Positions 9,883-18,601 of a stretch of 64,000 nucleotides of DNA are shown one piece after another (the stretch's first letter is position 1; every line of letters begins with the position of its first letter). A model generated the notes under the pieces. It searched no databases and was not told the DNA's origin. It saw only the letters and a program-made list of their open reading frames with translations. The translations under genes were made by a program, and so were the position numbers. The stretch is from a virus, in IMG/VR virus record IMGVR_UViG_3300025842_000008; one strand, 5' to 3'.

Positions 9883-10707
9883 ATGATGACACAAAAACAG
9901 ACAAAAGAAAAACTAGACAAACATTACACAAATGTTGATGTTTCGAAGAAATTGGTGAGCCTTATAAATCAGGATGATTATGACCACATAATAGAACCCT
10001 CTGCTGGTGATGGTTCTATATGTAATTTTATAGATGCATCAAAGCTAATTGCCTTAGATATCGCACCCGAAAATGATGATGTTATAAAAAAAATGGACTT
10101 CTTTGATTTTGATATGCGCCCCAAAGATGGTCAGAAAATTCTAACCATCGGCAATCCGCCATTTGGATTCAGAGCGCAATTGGCTATCGAATTCTTTAAT
10201 CATGCAGCAAAGTATAGTGATACTATAGCATTTATACTACCAAGATCGTTTAAAAAAGCATATATAATTAACCAGCTTGACACAAGATTTCACTTGGATC
10301 AGCAATTGAATGTTGATATTGGATCATTTGTATCAGGTACAAACGCTAGATGTTGTATTCAGGTCTGGAAAAAAGATTTTTTTCCTAGAAAGAAAATAAT
10401 ATTACCAAAACATTCATCTGATTTCCAAGTCATACCACAGGGGAATAAATTTGATATAAACAACACTAACTATGCTATTCGTAGAACAGGATACAGCAAT
10501 CGTGTAGGTGAGTTAATTGAATCTAGCTATGCAACCCCAATAACACAATTTATATTCTTAAAAGTTGACAGTGATATTATTGTTTCAAAGTTAAAAAAAC
10601 TAAATCATTTATTGTATAAATATTCGTATGATACAACTGCAATAAGCCCCACGTTTACAATAGGGGAATTTATACAATTATACGAGGATAATAAAGATAA
10701 CTTATGA
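9883..10707 (+). CDS. N6-adenine DNA methyltransferase
   Basis: HYT, IIEPSAGDG (SAM), IGNPPF (catalytic) and AFILP. Confidence 0.88.
   Translation: MMTQKQTKEKLDKHYTNVDVSKKLVSLINQDDYDHIIEPSAGDGSICNFIDASKLIALDIAPENDDVIKKMDFFDFDMRPKDGQKILTIGNPPFGFRAQLAIEFFNHAAKYSDTIAFILPRSFKKAYIINQLDTRFHLDQQLNVDIGSFVSGTNARCCIQVWKKDFFPRKKIILPKHSSDFQVIPQGNKFDINNTNYAIRRTGYSNRVGELIESSYATPITQFIFLKVDSDIIVSKLKKLNHLLYKYSYDTTAISPTFTIGEFIQLYEDNKDNL
10615..10622 (+). promoter_or_regulatory. T4-type late promoter upstream of the nuclease-like gene
   Basis: Exact TATAAATA inside the MTase 3' end. Confidence 0.6.
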
Positions 10708-11861
10708 AATTCGAACAATATTTACTTGAGGGTGGGAAGTCTGGTGCCGAACGGTACAATACCGAATTAGCATGTCTTCTAGCATATACTACAAAGACTC
10801 AGAATTTAAAAGGATTTGATCCTACCAGTCTTGAGTTTGACCCTAGTTTATGGTGGGATTCCAATAAATTGGAAAATCCTGATCACGTTTATTCAGAAAT
10901 ACTTAAATTTCTTCCTATAAACTATAACGCTAACGTATTCAATACATATTATGAAATATCAAAGTCCAGAAAAAAATTAGTCACAGGTAAAGTCGGATCA
11001 ATACCAAAATTATTTTGGGTGGGCGGTACAAATGCCAAGGGTGATGATAGTAATCCAGCTGACGTTGAATTTGTTGGTTCTTCTGCGTTCGGCATTTCGA
11101 TTAAAGGGAAGCAAGGTATCACATTATCTAATTTGTCACCCTCACATCTTGGTATAGAAAACCCCAAAGGAGTTGATAGTATAAAATTTTATTGTGATAA
11201 AGTTAGTACGGGATTATATGATAAATGGAAGACTGTGGTTATGAAGTCAACTCTAGCAAAAGCCAAGAGTATGAAGGGAGAAATTTATGTTCCCGATAAA
11301 AGGTCACCACACTATAATATCAGATATAATACGGATAATTCATATACTGTTGTTGCTAAAAACAAAAGTAAAGATTACACAGAAAGTGGATTGCTAGCCG
11401 AAGTTGGGCATAATATTGAATTACATTCTGTGTTTGGGGCACATTTAACAGCAAATACCCAAGAATTCAGCACATTATCAAAGCAGGTATTTGAAGCGGC
11501 TGCTAATGGTGTTTTGCCTCTAATATCTAATGCATTAACAAACACACATGTTATAGAAAAATTGCTAAACTTTTCCGTTAAACCATATTTTTATCAGTCA
11601 CAGAAGAGTCTATATTATGTTCCTTCAAGATCAGAACTGACAAACAACCCCTTAGAAATTAAAGATATTTCATATAATATTACTGATAAAAAAGCTACTG
11701 GTTTTGTATTGAAAGTGAAGATCGGAAGAAAAGGATCTAAGGAAACCTCAACTATGGATTTGTGGTTGAGATACGCAAATAGAGTATTTGGTGCAAATGC
11801 CACGGTTCGTTTACAAGAACTAAAAAGTCCACAAAATATAGCTTGGGAAAAGCTAGCATAA
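10704..11861 (+). CDS. Putative restriction-type PD-(D/E)xK endonuclease with an internal-head-protein-like leader
   Basis: E..PADV..GISIK pattern; overlaps the MTase stop (ATGA); leader MKFEQYLLE-G. Confidence 0.55.
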   Translation: MKFEQYLLEGGKSGAERYNTELACLLAYTTKTQNLKGFDPTSLEFDPSLWWDSNKLENPDHVYSEILKFLPINYNANVFNTYYEISKSRKKLVTGKVGSIPKLFWVGGTNAKGDDSNPADVEFVGSSAFGISIKGKQGITLSNLSPSHLGIENPKGVDSIKFYCDKVSTGLYDKWKTVVMKSTLAKAKSMKGEIYVPDKRSPHYNIRYNTDNSYTVVAKNKSKDYTESGLLAEVGHNIELHSVFGAHLTANTQEFSTLSKQVFEAAANGVLPLISNALTNTHVIEKLLNFSVKPYFYQSQKSLYYVPSRSELTNNPLEIKDISYNITDKKATGFVLKVKIGRKGSKETSTMDLWLRYANRVFGANATVRLQELKSPQNIAWEKLA

Positions 11862-11878
11862 CAGGAGATACGTGACGC

Positions 11879-12220
11879 ATGAAACCAACAGAAGTAAAGG
11901 AGGATTTCGTGGCAAAGAAAATAGTTCTTATCGCCACTTACGGGATTTTCCAGCAGGGAATAAACATTAAATCACTGAGACACTTAATACTTGCATCACC
12001 ATTTAAAAGTAAGATAAGAATCTTACAGAGTATAGGACGAACCTTGAGACTTCATGCAGATAAAGATAATGGTGCAATTGTTTGGGATATTTGCGATACA
12101 GAGAAGAATCTAACCAAAAACTCAGAGACTAGACTCAAATATTACAACATTGAAGGTTTTGATGTGACAGAATACAATATCATAGAAGGTCAGAGGTATA
12201 AAGAAACCCTGTTCGATTGA
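11879..12220 (+). CDS. uvsW: UvsW helicase fragment 3 (C-terminal motifs V-VI; probable GTG start 11909)
   Basis: IATYGIFQQGINI, LQSIGRTLR, VWDICD; AAGGAGG SD just before GTG. Confidence 0.9.
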   Translation: MKPTEVKEDFVAKKIVLIATYGIFQQGINIKSLRHLILASPFKSKIRILQSIGRTLRLHADKDNGAIVWDICDTEKNLTKNSETRLKYYNIEGFDVTEYNIIEGQRYKETLFD

Positions 12221-12230
12221 TAACAGGGTT

Positions 12231-13079
12231 TTATTTTATTAAACGGAAAGCTTGTTTTCCACCATCTTTGGTTAATTTAAATTCCATGCCCAAAGTATCA
12301 GCAATATCCACTAAAATTAGAGTAAAATCTTCATTTTTTTGGTATGTTACAATAGTTTCAGCCTCAGAATTGGTCACAATCGCCTGAACACCTAAACTCT
12401 TAATACTTATCTTTGTGTTCTTGCCTTTTATGATAGCTTGTGCTAATAATTTCCTGTCATTCGCATCAGCAACCACCTCATTAACCATCTCTTCGGGTTC
12501 CCCTAAGTAATTGTTAATTTTCTCCATTATGTCTAAATCGCCAATATGTTTCATAGGCACTTCTCTCCAATGATCATTTGTTTCGGGTTTTTCATTCTTA
12601 ATTTCACTTTCAGTTCCACCCTTAGATAATTCTATTTTTGAAGGATCATCATCACTGATCTTTGCTGTTTGATTAGTACCGCTATCATCTTGATCCCCTG
12701 AACGCTTATCCCATTTATCAGTCTGCATCTTAAGTTTCTCTTTTTGGGCATGTTTAAACAACCTTTTCCCTAATAATTCTCTTAAACCTAAGAGTGTCGT
12801 TGAATACCCTTTTATTGATCCCATACCAGATGAATTTTCAAATTCATCATAATTCCACCCTTGACCTAGATCCTCGGCTGGTACATACTTTATGGTTTTA
12901 CCTGTTAATCGATTATTTACAACAACAGGCACCATTTTATCACCAAACACAGTCGTACCAGTAGGAAGATCATCATCACCTGTAATACCAGATCCATCAC
13001 CGGGATTAGTATATCCACCGGAAGATAGAGTTGTCGCCTCATTTAATTTATCGTAGAACTTTTTCATCACGTAAACCAC
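12231..13079 (-). CDS. Hypothetical late protein, probable virion component
   Basis: Leader KFYDKLNE-A; TATAAATA at 13159-13166. Confidence 0.6.
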   Translation of the reverse strand: MVYVMKKFYDKLNEATTLSSGGYTNPGDGSGITGDDDLPTGTTVFGDKMVPVVVNNRLTGKTIKYVPAEDLGQGWNYDEFENSSGMGSIKGYSTTLLGLRELLGKRLFKHAQKEKLKMQTDKWDKRSGDQDDSGTNQTAKISDDDPSKIELSKGGTESEIKNEKPETNDHWREVPMKHIGDLDIMEKINNYLGEPEEMVNEVVADANDRKLLAQAIIKGKNTKISIKSLGVQAIVTNSEAETIVTYQKNEDFTLILVDIADTLGMEFKLTKDGGKQAFRLIK

Positions 13080-13774
13080 GCTTTTGTTCTATTTTGAATA
13101 AACTTCATATCATATTCTTCCATATCCGTAAGGTATTTTCCACCCATCTCTTTTAAAGTATTTATAATTTCTTGCCCATGTGGGTTTTTCACTGGTCCCC
13201 CAAAAAATGGAAGTGTTTTTGAGTATAGATTTTGTACCACTTCATCAGTTAATTGTCCAGTATTATTGTCAACCTCTAAGAACCATTGAAAACGAGTCAT
13301 ATAGAATGATTTCATCTTCTGAATTTTTTCGTAAGTTTCTTTTAACCAAGGGATATCAACATGTCTACCGCCATGGGCTTCGCGCTCCTGTGCCCTCTTA
13401 ACTGCTTCGTCAAGGTCAGTATTGACCCATATCATACCAGTATCGTATCCCATCCCTGACAAAAGACCTTCTCTTGTCATGAGATTGTTTCTATTACCAG
13501 AAGTTCCGTCAATCCAAAGAGGTAACATAGAATTTAAATATAACAATAATTGATTATTATTAAGAAGTTTTATCTTCTCACTAAAACCATTCCACCCCCC
13601 GAAGAATTCTGTGAATTTATCGGTATTTACGACTCTGGGTTCATACCCACCTGACAATTTTTTTCTTACAAACGACTTTCCTGATCCCGGCGAACCTGCC
13701 ATGAATATGGCCTTGAAAATACCCTTATCGTTAATGCTTTCGGTTATATACTGCTCAAGCCTCATTAATTTCAT
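13067..13774 (-). CDS. P-loop kinase (AAA_33/zeta-toxin-like)
   Basis: KAIFMAGSPGSGKS, WIDGT, A..R..R lid; leader RLEQYITE-S. Confidence 0.8.
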   Translation of the reverse strand: MKLMRLEQYITESINDKGIFKAIFMAGSPGSGKSFVRKKLSGGYEPRVVNTDKFTEFFGGWNGFSEKIKLLNNNQLLLYLNSMLPLWIDGTSGNRNNLMTREGLLSGMGYDTGMIWVNTDLDEAVKRAQEREAHGGRHVDIPWLKETYEKIQKMKSFYMTRFQWFLEVDNNTGQLTDEVVQNLYSKTLPFFGGPVKNPHGQEIINTLKEMGGKYLTDMEEYDMKFIQNRTKAWFT

Positions 13775-14157
13775 ATCTCCACTATTCTTAAATGTTCGCC
13801 TTCTATAACAACTTCTCGTTGATATGGATCATTTACTCCACTCGGTTTCTTGTGTCTCGGAAAGAACGTAAGTAATATCAAATCCTTAACATCATCTATC
13901 TTTGCTATAAAAGCTTGTCCTAATGTTTTAGACCAAAAAACAATTTTTTCCCCTATCTTTACGGATTTACTTTCAATCTTCTTAATAGCATTTTTGAACA
14001 TTGTCAACATTTGAAAGTCCGTAATATCACTACGTTGTTTGATGCGTTGCTTACCATGCTCGGTATTAACTACCTTATGACCTTTCCATGAAAAAACGAT
14101 ACGTTTATTTAAGTCAAAATCACCATCACCTTCGTTTATGTATCGTTCAAATCTCAT
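13771..14157 (-). CDS. Small basic protein, possible BECR/RelE-like ribonuclease fold
   Basis: T-E-H-G-K-Q-R..R motif and terminal LLTFF strand; leader MRFERYINE-G. Confidence 0.4.
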   Translation of the reverse strand: MRFERYINEGDGDFDLNKRIVFSWKGHKVVNTEHGKQRIKQRSDITDFQMLTMFKNAIKKIESKSVKIGEKIVFWSKTLGQAFIAKIDDVKDLILLTFFPRHKKPSGVNDPYQREVVIEGEHLRIVEI

Positions 14158-14384
14158 TATTCTTCATAACCCAGCTTTATAGCTAAAAGACCTTGTTTTG
14201 ATTTGGGAACTTTTAACTGTTTGATAGCAAGCTGTTTTGCTCCATATAAATCTGTTGCTTGATCTTTGGTAATTTCAATGCGCTTACCACCATACATAGC
14301 AACCCATCCAGCAAAATCTCCTTTTGCCATCTCATCCAGTTTATCATTAATTCGATCTAATATGTTATTCATCACCATCTCCAT
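14157..14384 (-). CDS. Small hypothetical protein
   Basis: ORF in the late operon. Confidence 0.65.
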   Translation of the reverse strand: MEMVMNNILDRINDKLDEMAKGDFAGWVAMYGGKRIEITKDQATDLYGAKQLAIKQLKVPKSKQGLLAIKLGYEE

Positions 14385-14630
14385 CGCTTTTCTTTGTTGA
14401 TATCTGCTGTATAGAAATTATATTTTCTACCATTAAGAGCATCTTCTAGTTCATGTCGAGTCGCACCGGCAAAACTAGCAACTCTGACAAGAAACCCCAT
14501 TTCATCTTTGTCTTTTGATTTTTCCAATCTACTCACTCAAAGCTTCTACTCTGGACATCGGAGTTTTATTCCCCGAATAAATATTAGCATCTATTATATA
14601 TCTTTCAACTAATAAATCAATGTCTATCAT
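14372..14630 (-). pseudogene. Small gene disrupted by a 4-bp duplication
   Basis: ACTCACTC at 14531-14538; removing one copy gives an 84 aa ORF MIDIDLLVER...EKRWRW that fills the gap. Confidence 0.55.
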
Positions 14631-15024
14631 TATTTATCTCCTTGGTTTGTTTGTCATAACACTCCAATGACCCCAACAAACTTTTATTATAGGATTTCAT
14701 TTTTTCTACATTTCCTACAAGAATATTTATATTAAAAGCACTTCCTATATGACTAGAATTATCAAGCTTTGTATATTCTGGTACTTTTGGTATAGGACAT
14801 TTATTATATACGTAAATATATGATATTTTTGTAACAATTTCAGGTTCAGGTTTGGAAAACCAACCACATCCATTAATCCCCAAAAATAATGTTAATACGA
14901 TGAACAGCTTCGGAACTTTTAACATCATTGACCACCTTACCCTGAGAGGGGACAACAGGGGTTTCGTCTTCATTAGTGAAACAGATTTTGTTATCATATA
15001 AATTTTGCCAATAAGCAACTTCAT
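14617..15024 (-). CDS. Outer-membrane spanin (Rz1-like lipoprotein)
   Basis: Hydrophobic signal with lipobox GING-C, Pro-rich, overlaps the i-spanin 3' end. Confidence 0.7.
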   Translation of the reverse strand: MKLLIGKIYMITKSVSLMKTKPLLSPLRVRWSMMLKVPKLFIVLTLFLGINGCGWFSKPEPEIVTKISYIYVYNKCPIPKVPEYTKLDNSSHIGSAFNINILVGNVEKMKSYNKSLLGSLECYDKQTKEINNDRH

Positions 15025-15298
15025 CGTAACATTTGGTTATCTGTTCTCTTAGAGCATCATTACTTGCAACCCAAGCATCAGACTGACCATTACAAACGTT
15101 GATAGCTTCTTGTAGTGTAGATTTACTGGTTTTACAAGTAGAATAATTTAATTCTATTTTTGCGATTTTAGTGCCCAATTCCGCAATTTTAACATCCTGT
15201 CTAGCGTTATTAATGTATAATGTTCCGCATAACAAAAGCAACACAATTATGGCGACCACTGTTGGTCTTTTAATTATAGTCAGTATTGTTGTCCACAT
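14873..15298 (-). CDS. Inner-membrane spanin (Rz-like)
   Basis: N-terminal TM segment plus coiled coil. Confidence 0.7.
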   Translation of the reverse strand: MWTTILTIIKRPTVVAIIVLLLLCGTLYINNARQDVKIAELGTKIAKIELNYSTCKTSKSTLQEAINVCNGQSDAWVASNDALREQITKCYDEVAYWQNLYDNKICFTNEDETPVVPSQGKVVNDVKSSEAVHRINIIFGD

Positions 15299-15307
15299 AT
15301 TAACTCC

Positions 15308-15622
15308 TTAGATTCTTGGAGATCTATCATTATAAGGATCACTATAATTTTTTGCATCTGGTCCCGCAGAAAGATCTGACCTATTAAACCATGATGCTTT
15401 TTTCATGAGATTATAGGTAGCTGTAATGTAAAGCATTTGTAAATGTGATGCTTGAATATCACCCGTTCCTGCTATCCAGATCCAAATTGCTATACCAAAC
15501 ACGATCCAGAACGAGATTCTACCTAAAGATGCTCGTTTATATTCACCTTTATCATTTCTCTCGGATAGTAAAGGAATGAAGAACTCCCATATTTTTTTAA
15601 TGACACTCATAGTAACCTCCAT
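15308..15622 (-). CDS. Putative holin
   Basis: Small membrane protein (SLGRISFWIVFGIAIWIW) upstream of the spanins, behind a late promoter. Confidence 0.55.
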   Translation of the reverse strand: MEVTMSVIKKIWEFFIPLLSERNDKGEYKRASLGRISFWIVFGIAIWIWIAGTGDIQASHLQMLYITATYNLMKKASWFNRSDLSAGPDAKNYSDPYNDRSPRI

Positions 15623-15634
15623 TAAGCATATATA

Positions 15635-15642
15635 TATTTATA
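15635..15642 (-). promoter_or_regulatory. T4-type late promoter for the lysis/internal protein operon
   Basis: Exact TATAAATA. Confidence 0.7.
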
Positions 15643-15649
15643 TAAAAAA

Positions 15650-15677
15650 GGAGTACTAACCTTTAAGTTAATACTCC
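15650..15677 (-). terminator. Rho-independent terminator after the JAB gene
   Basis: GGAGTA-TAAC/GTTA-TACTCC hairpin plus T tract. Confidence 0.7.
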
Positions 15678-15726
15678 AATTACATCGGAGGATTTTTATA
15701 TTCTTGAGTCTTATCTATGAAATCAT

Positions 15727-16815
15727 CTACAACAACTTAAAATAATCAAATTTATCATCAAATTCGTAATCTTCGTCCTCATCCTCGTCTTCTTCAAATT
15801 CTTCTTCAAAGTCTACCGAAGACCAGCCATCCTCTTGATCCAAAAAGCCTTTATCCGAATTCTCTTTTACTTTTTTACGAATAATTTTAAGTTCATTGAC
15901 AGCTGATCCATCTCTAATCATCTCATCAACATCTTCTTCTTCATAATAGAAAAGAAGTTCATCACGAATATCTAGTTTGGTCATTTTTTCGGGATATTCA
16001 TATTCAAGTTCTTCAAGATCAAGAAAATCATTGTTTTCGGTATCATAACCAGTGAAATTATTCAAAAAGCTTCGACCTATAATACCTCTACAGCTACTAA
16101 TTGAAGAATGAGAAATTATTTTCTCTGAAAGTTCGGACTCAAATTCACTTTCATCAAAAAGTTGGGGGTATTTTACTGAAAACTCAATGTTTTCGGCAAG
16201 AATGTAAGAATTACAAAGAGTTTTAACCCTGACTTGCGCTTTGATTTCACGACCTGCAGCAGTAGAGACCACAATTGATACGTCATGATTTTGGTTGATA
16301 TAAGCATCATCTGTCCCTGAGAAGAATGCTCCCATGGTATTATGACTATGGATAACACCAATTATAACTTTATTATCAGCCAAGGATTCCCAATTATATT
16401 CAACGTTATAAACGCTAGTGCCGGTAACCTTTTGAGAATCAGGAATAACCAAGTCAGTAACAGATACTTTATGATTATCGTGGTCAACAGATCCAACCAA
16501 GTACGCCAACCATTCCAAATTAGGATAAACTTTCTTTAATTTTTCAATTTTTTTATGTGCAAGAAGGTGAAATTCGATGTGATACTTAGACACATTTATA
16601 TGACCGCAAGTTTTGATGATCTTAATACCCGAATCCCAACAATTGAATTTAGATTCTTTTACGTTAAATGCCCCGCCCTTATCATGGAGTTTGATCAGAT
16701 CATCAAAGTCTTTATCTGAAATAAGTTCAAGTGCTTTATTTTCTTTAATACCAAACATATAAAATCCCTTCTTATGCTTTTTTAGTTTTTTTTTTAATTT
16801 TCTTTTCTTCCCCAT
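15727..16815 (-). CDS. JAB/MPN+ metallopeptidase (prokaryotic deubiquitinase-like; likely start 16758)
   Basis: EWLAYL and HSHNTMGAFFSGTD (HxH-x7-S-x2-D); acidic C-terminal tail. Confidence 0.9.
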   Translation of the reverse strand: MGKKRKLKKKLKKHKKGFYMFGIKENKALELISDKDFDDLIKLHDKGGAFNVKESKFNCWDSGIKIIKTCGHINVSKYHIEFHLLAHKKIEKLKKVYPNLEWLAYLVGSVDHDNHKVSVTDLVIPDSQKVTGTSVYNVEYNWESLADNKVIIGVIHSHNTMGAFFSGTDDAYINQNHDVSIVVSTAAGREIKAQVRVKTLCNSYILAENIEFSVKYPQLFDESEFESELSEKIISHSSISSCRGIIGRSFLNNFTGYDTENNDFLDLEELEYEYPEKMTKLDIRDELLFYYEEEDVDEMIRDGSAVNELKIIRKKVKENSDKGFLDQEDGWSSVDFEEEFEEDEDEDEDYEFDDKFDYFKLL

Positions 16816-16831
16816 AATACCTCACAATTTA

Positions 16832-17422
16832 TTATCGATATATTTCTGATAAATCGCAACCCATTTCGCCATTGTGATATTTGAGGATTTTGGCCACACC
16901 CAGATACGCAACGATGATAGCTGGTGGTGCCCAACTCGGGGTTATACGATACCCATCTTGGGTTTCTCCTGAATCCCATGTTGCGACTCGATCATTGATC
17001 GACATCCTGGTCCCGTCATACCCCACTTTAAGATACCGTGCTTCATTTTCTTGAGCCATACGTTGGTTTTCTAACTGACTTTTATGATTATCAGTACAGT
17101 CAACAATCCAGTCAACACCTTTAGGATAGGTATGATCTTTCAGTGGAAACGGAAACGATTTGACCATACAGTTCGGACGAAGAGATTTTACCACCTGCTT
17201 GACCACATCAGCTTTATTTTTCCCAATAACATCAACTGTTACATCAAGACGGTTAAGGTTTGATTCTTCGATGGTATCAGGATCAAAAACATAAATTGTT
17301 TCGACACCTGACATTGCAAGACCTTTAGCGACATGAAAACCGATACCGCCAGCCCCGATTACACAAACTTTAATTTTGTTATTAATACCATCAATCAAAT
17401 CCTGCCGATCATAAAAACTCAT
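16832..17422 (-). CDS. ThiF/E1-like adenylating enzyme, minimal form
   Basis: YDRQ, GAGGIG, D.D.IEESNLNR, GKNK and DCTDN; no CxxC Zn motifs. Confidence 0.92.
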   Translation of the reverse strand: MSFYDRQDLIDGINNKIKVCVIGAGGIGFHVAKGLAMSGVETIYVFDPDTIEESNLNRLDVTVDVIGKNKADVVKQVVKSLRPNCMVKSFPFPLKDHTYPKGVDWIVDCTDNHKSQLENQRMAQENEARYLKVGYDGTRMSINDRVATWDSGETQDGYRITPSWAPPAIIVAYLGVAKILKYHNGEMGCDLSEIYR

Positions 17423-17458
17423 AATAAATTCCTTTCTTTTATGCCCAAAGATAATGCT

Positions 17459-17487
17459 AAACTACCACACAAATTTTTATATGTCAA
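17459..17487 (-). promoter_or_regulatory. sigma70-type promoter for E1-JAB
   Basis: TTGACA-17-TAGTTT with TG extension. Confidence 0.75.
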
Positions 17488-17524
17488 TCACTTTTTGACC
17501 ATCCATCGGAGAGGTTCTGAAATT

Positions 17525-17552
17525 AAAAGAGGGTCTTTTCAAACCCTCTTTT
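17525..17552. terminator. Terminator after the E2-like gene
   Basis: AAAAGAGGG/CCCTCTTTT inverted repeat. Confidence 0.75.
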
Positions 17553-17560
17553 TTTTGAAA

Positions 17561-18466
17561 TTATGTTGACCAGACTTGACCTACCGAACCGCGAGTTCCT
17601 TGATCACCCCTGTCAGTGTTACGATCAATACCAGCCCTATCATCGGATTGTGAAGTCACATATTCAACGTTAACAGCTGCTTCACCCCTAAGAACGTGTT
17701 GTGACAAAGTATTCAGTCGGGGAAGACCATCCGGGTTACGATTACCCGGAGACTGAGTATTAACGTTTTCCAGAACCCCCATAGCATGGCGGGCAATAGA
17801 TAGAATATCTTTAGGTTCAGACCAATTTGACGGGATTTTCCATTGACCCCAACAATCCGAACTATTACCCATTGAATGATAATGTTTAAATTTGGAAAGA
17901 CCGATTGTTTTACAAACCGTTACAGAACGAACTTTATCTTTAACAGTAACAATTACCAGTGTTACCGGAGAAACGAGACGTTTTGCATATTTCGGATCAA
18001 TCGGCTCACCATCAACAAATTTTGGCCAATAAACACCTTGATATAACCAAGTTAAAACATCATTTTCTCTGTAACTTGGGTGACCCTTGACCACGGACAG
18101 TCCGGCTTTTGCTTGTTCATACGTGATATCCGGCATCAAGTTTGCACTAGACAAGCGTACTTGAAGATTTCGCTCTTTTTCCTCAAAATCAATACGATTC
18201 TGTTCAACCATATAAGACATTTCAGAGATCTTTTTATTAACAACATTTTTTATGGCTTGAAGTTTTTCAGTAAGTTTTGCTGAATATTCAGCCCTAATTT
18301 CATCTTCCGGGAGAGAAGTTTCTTCGGTGAATTCTAATTTAACAAGTCTACCACCGATACGAACGGTCATACCCTCGGATTTAATATTATCAATATTGAT
18401 ATCATCCAATACTGAATCTATGTCACTTTTAATCGATTCAGCGATATTCACATCCCACACTGCCAT
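17561..18466 (-). CDS. Putative prokaryotic E2 (UBC-fold) enzyme with an N-terminal coiled coil
   Basis: H-Y-H-x7-C205-W-G resembles the E2 HPN-x7-C active-site arrangement; lies between Ubl and E1. Confidence 0.6.
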   Translation of the reverse strand: MAVWDVNIAESIKSDIDSVLDDINIDNIKSEGMTVRIGGRLVKLEFTEETSLPEDEIRAEYSAKLTEKLQAIKNVVNKKISEMSYMVEQNRIDFEEKERNLQVRLSSANLMPDITYEQAKAGLSVVKGHPSYRENDVLTWLYQGVYWPKFVDGEPIDPKYAKRLVSPVTLVIVTVKDKVRSVTVCKTIGLSKFKHYHSMGNSSDCWGQWKIPSNWSEPKDILSIARHAMGVLENVNTQSPGNRNPDGLPRLNTLSQHVLRGEAAVNVEYVTSQSDDRAGIDRNTDRGDQGTRGSVGQVWST

Positions 18467-18501
18467 TTTAATTCCTTTCTGTAAATCAAACCGATATGAA
18501 C

Positions 18502-18530
18502 ATCTTATATTTAATGATTGGGATTGTCAA
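18502..18530 (-). promoter_or_regulatory. sigma70-type promoter for the E2-like gene
   Basis: TTGACA-17-TAAGAT. Confidence 0.75.
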
Positions 18531-18555
18531 CAGTAAAGTTTAAAATTATAAAGAA

Positions 18556-18581
18556 GAGTTGGGTCTTGATTGACCCAACTC
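18556..18581 (-). terminator. Hairpin terminator after the Ubl gene
   Basis: GAGTTGGGTC/GACCCAACTC 10-bp stem. Confidence 0.65.
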
Positions 18582-18601
18582 GATTAAATGGTTATACTCG
18601 G

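Noticed and set aside
9850-11910. Group I/II intron explaining the second uvsW break
   Set aside because: The interval is almost fully occupied by two ORFs with no room or motifs for a ribozyme core, and fragment 3 has its own SD and start
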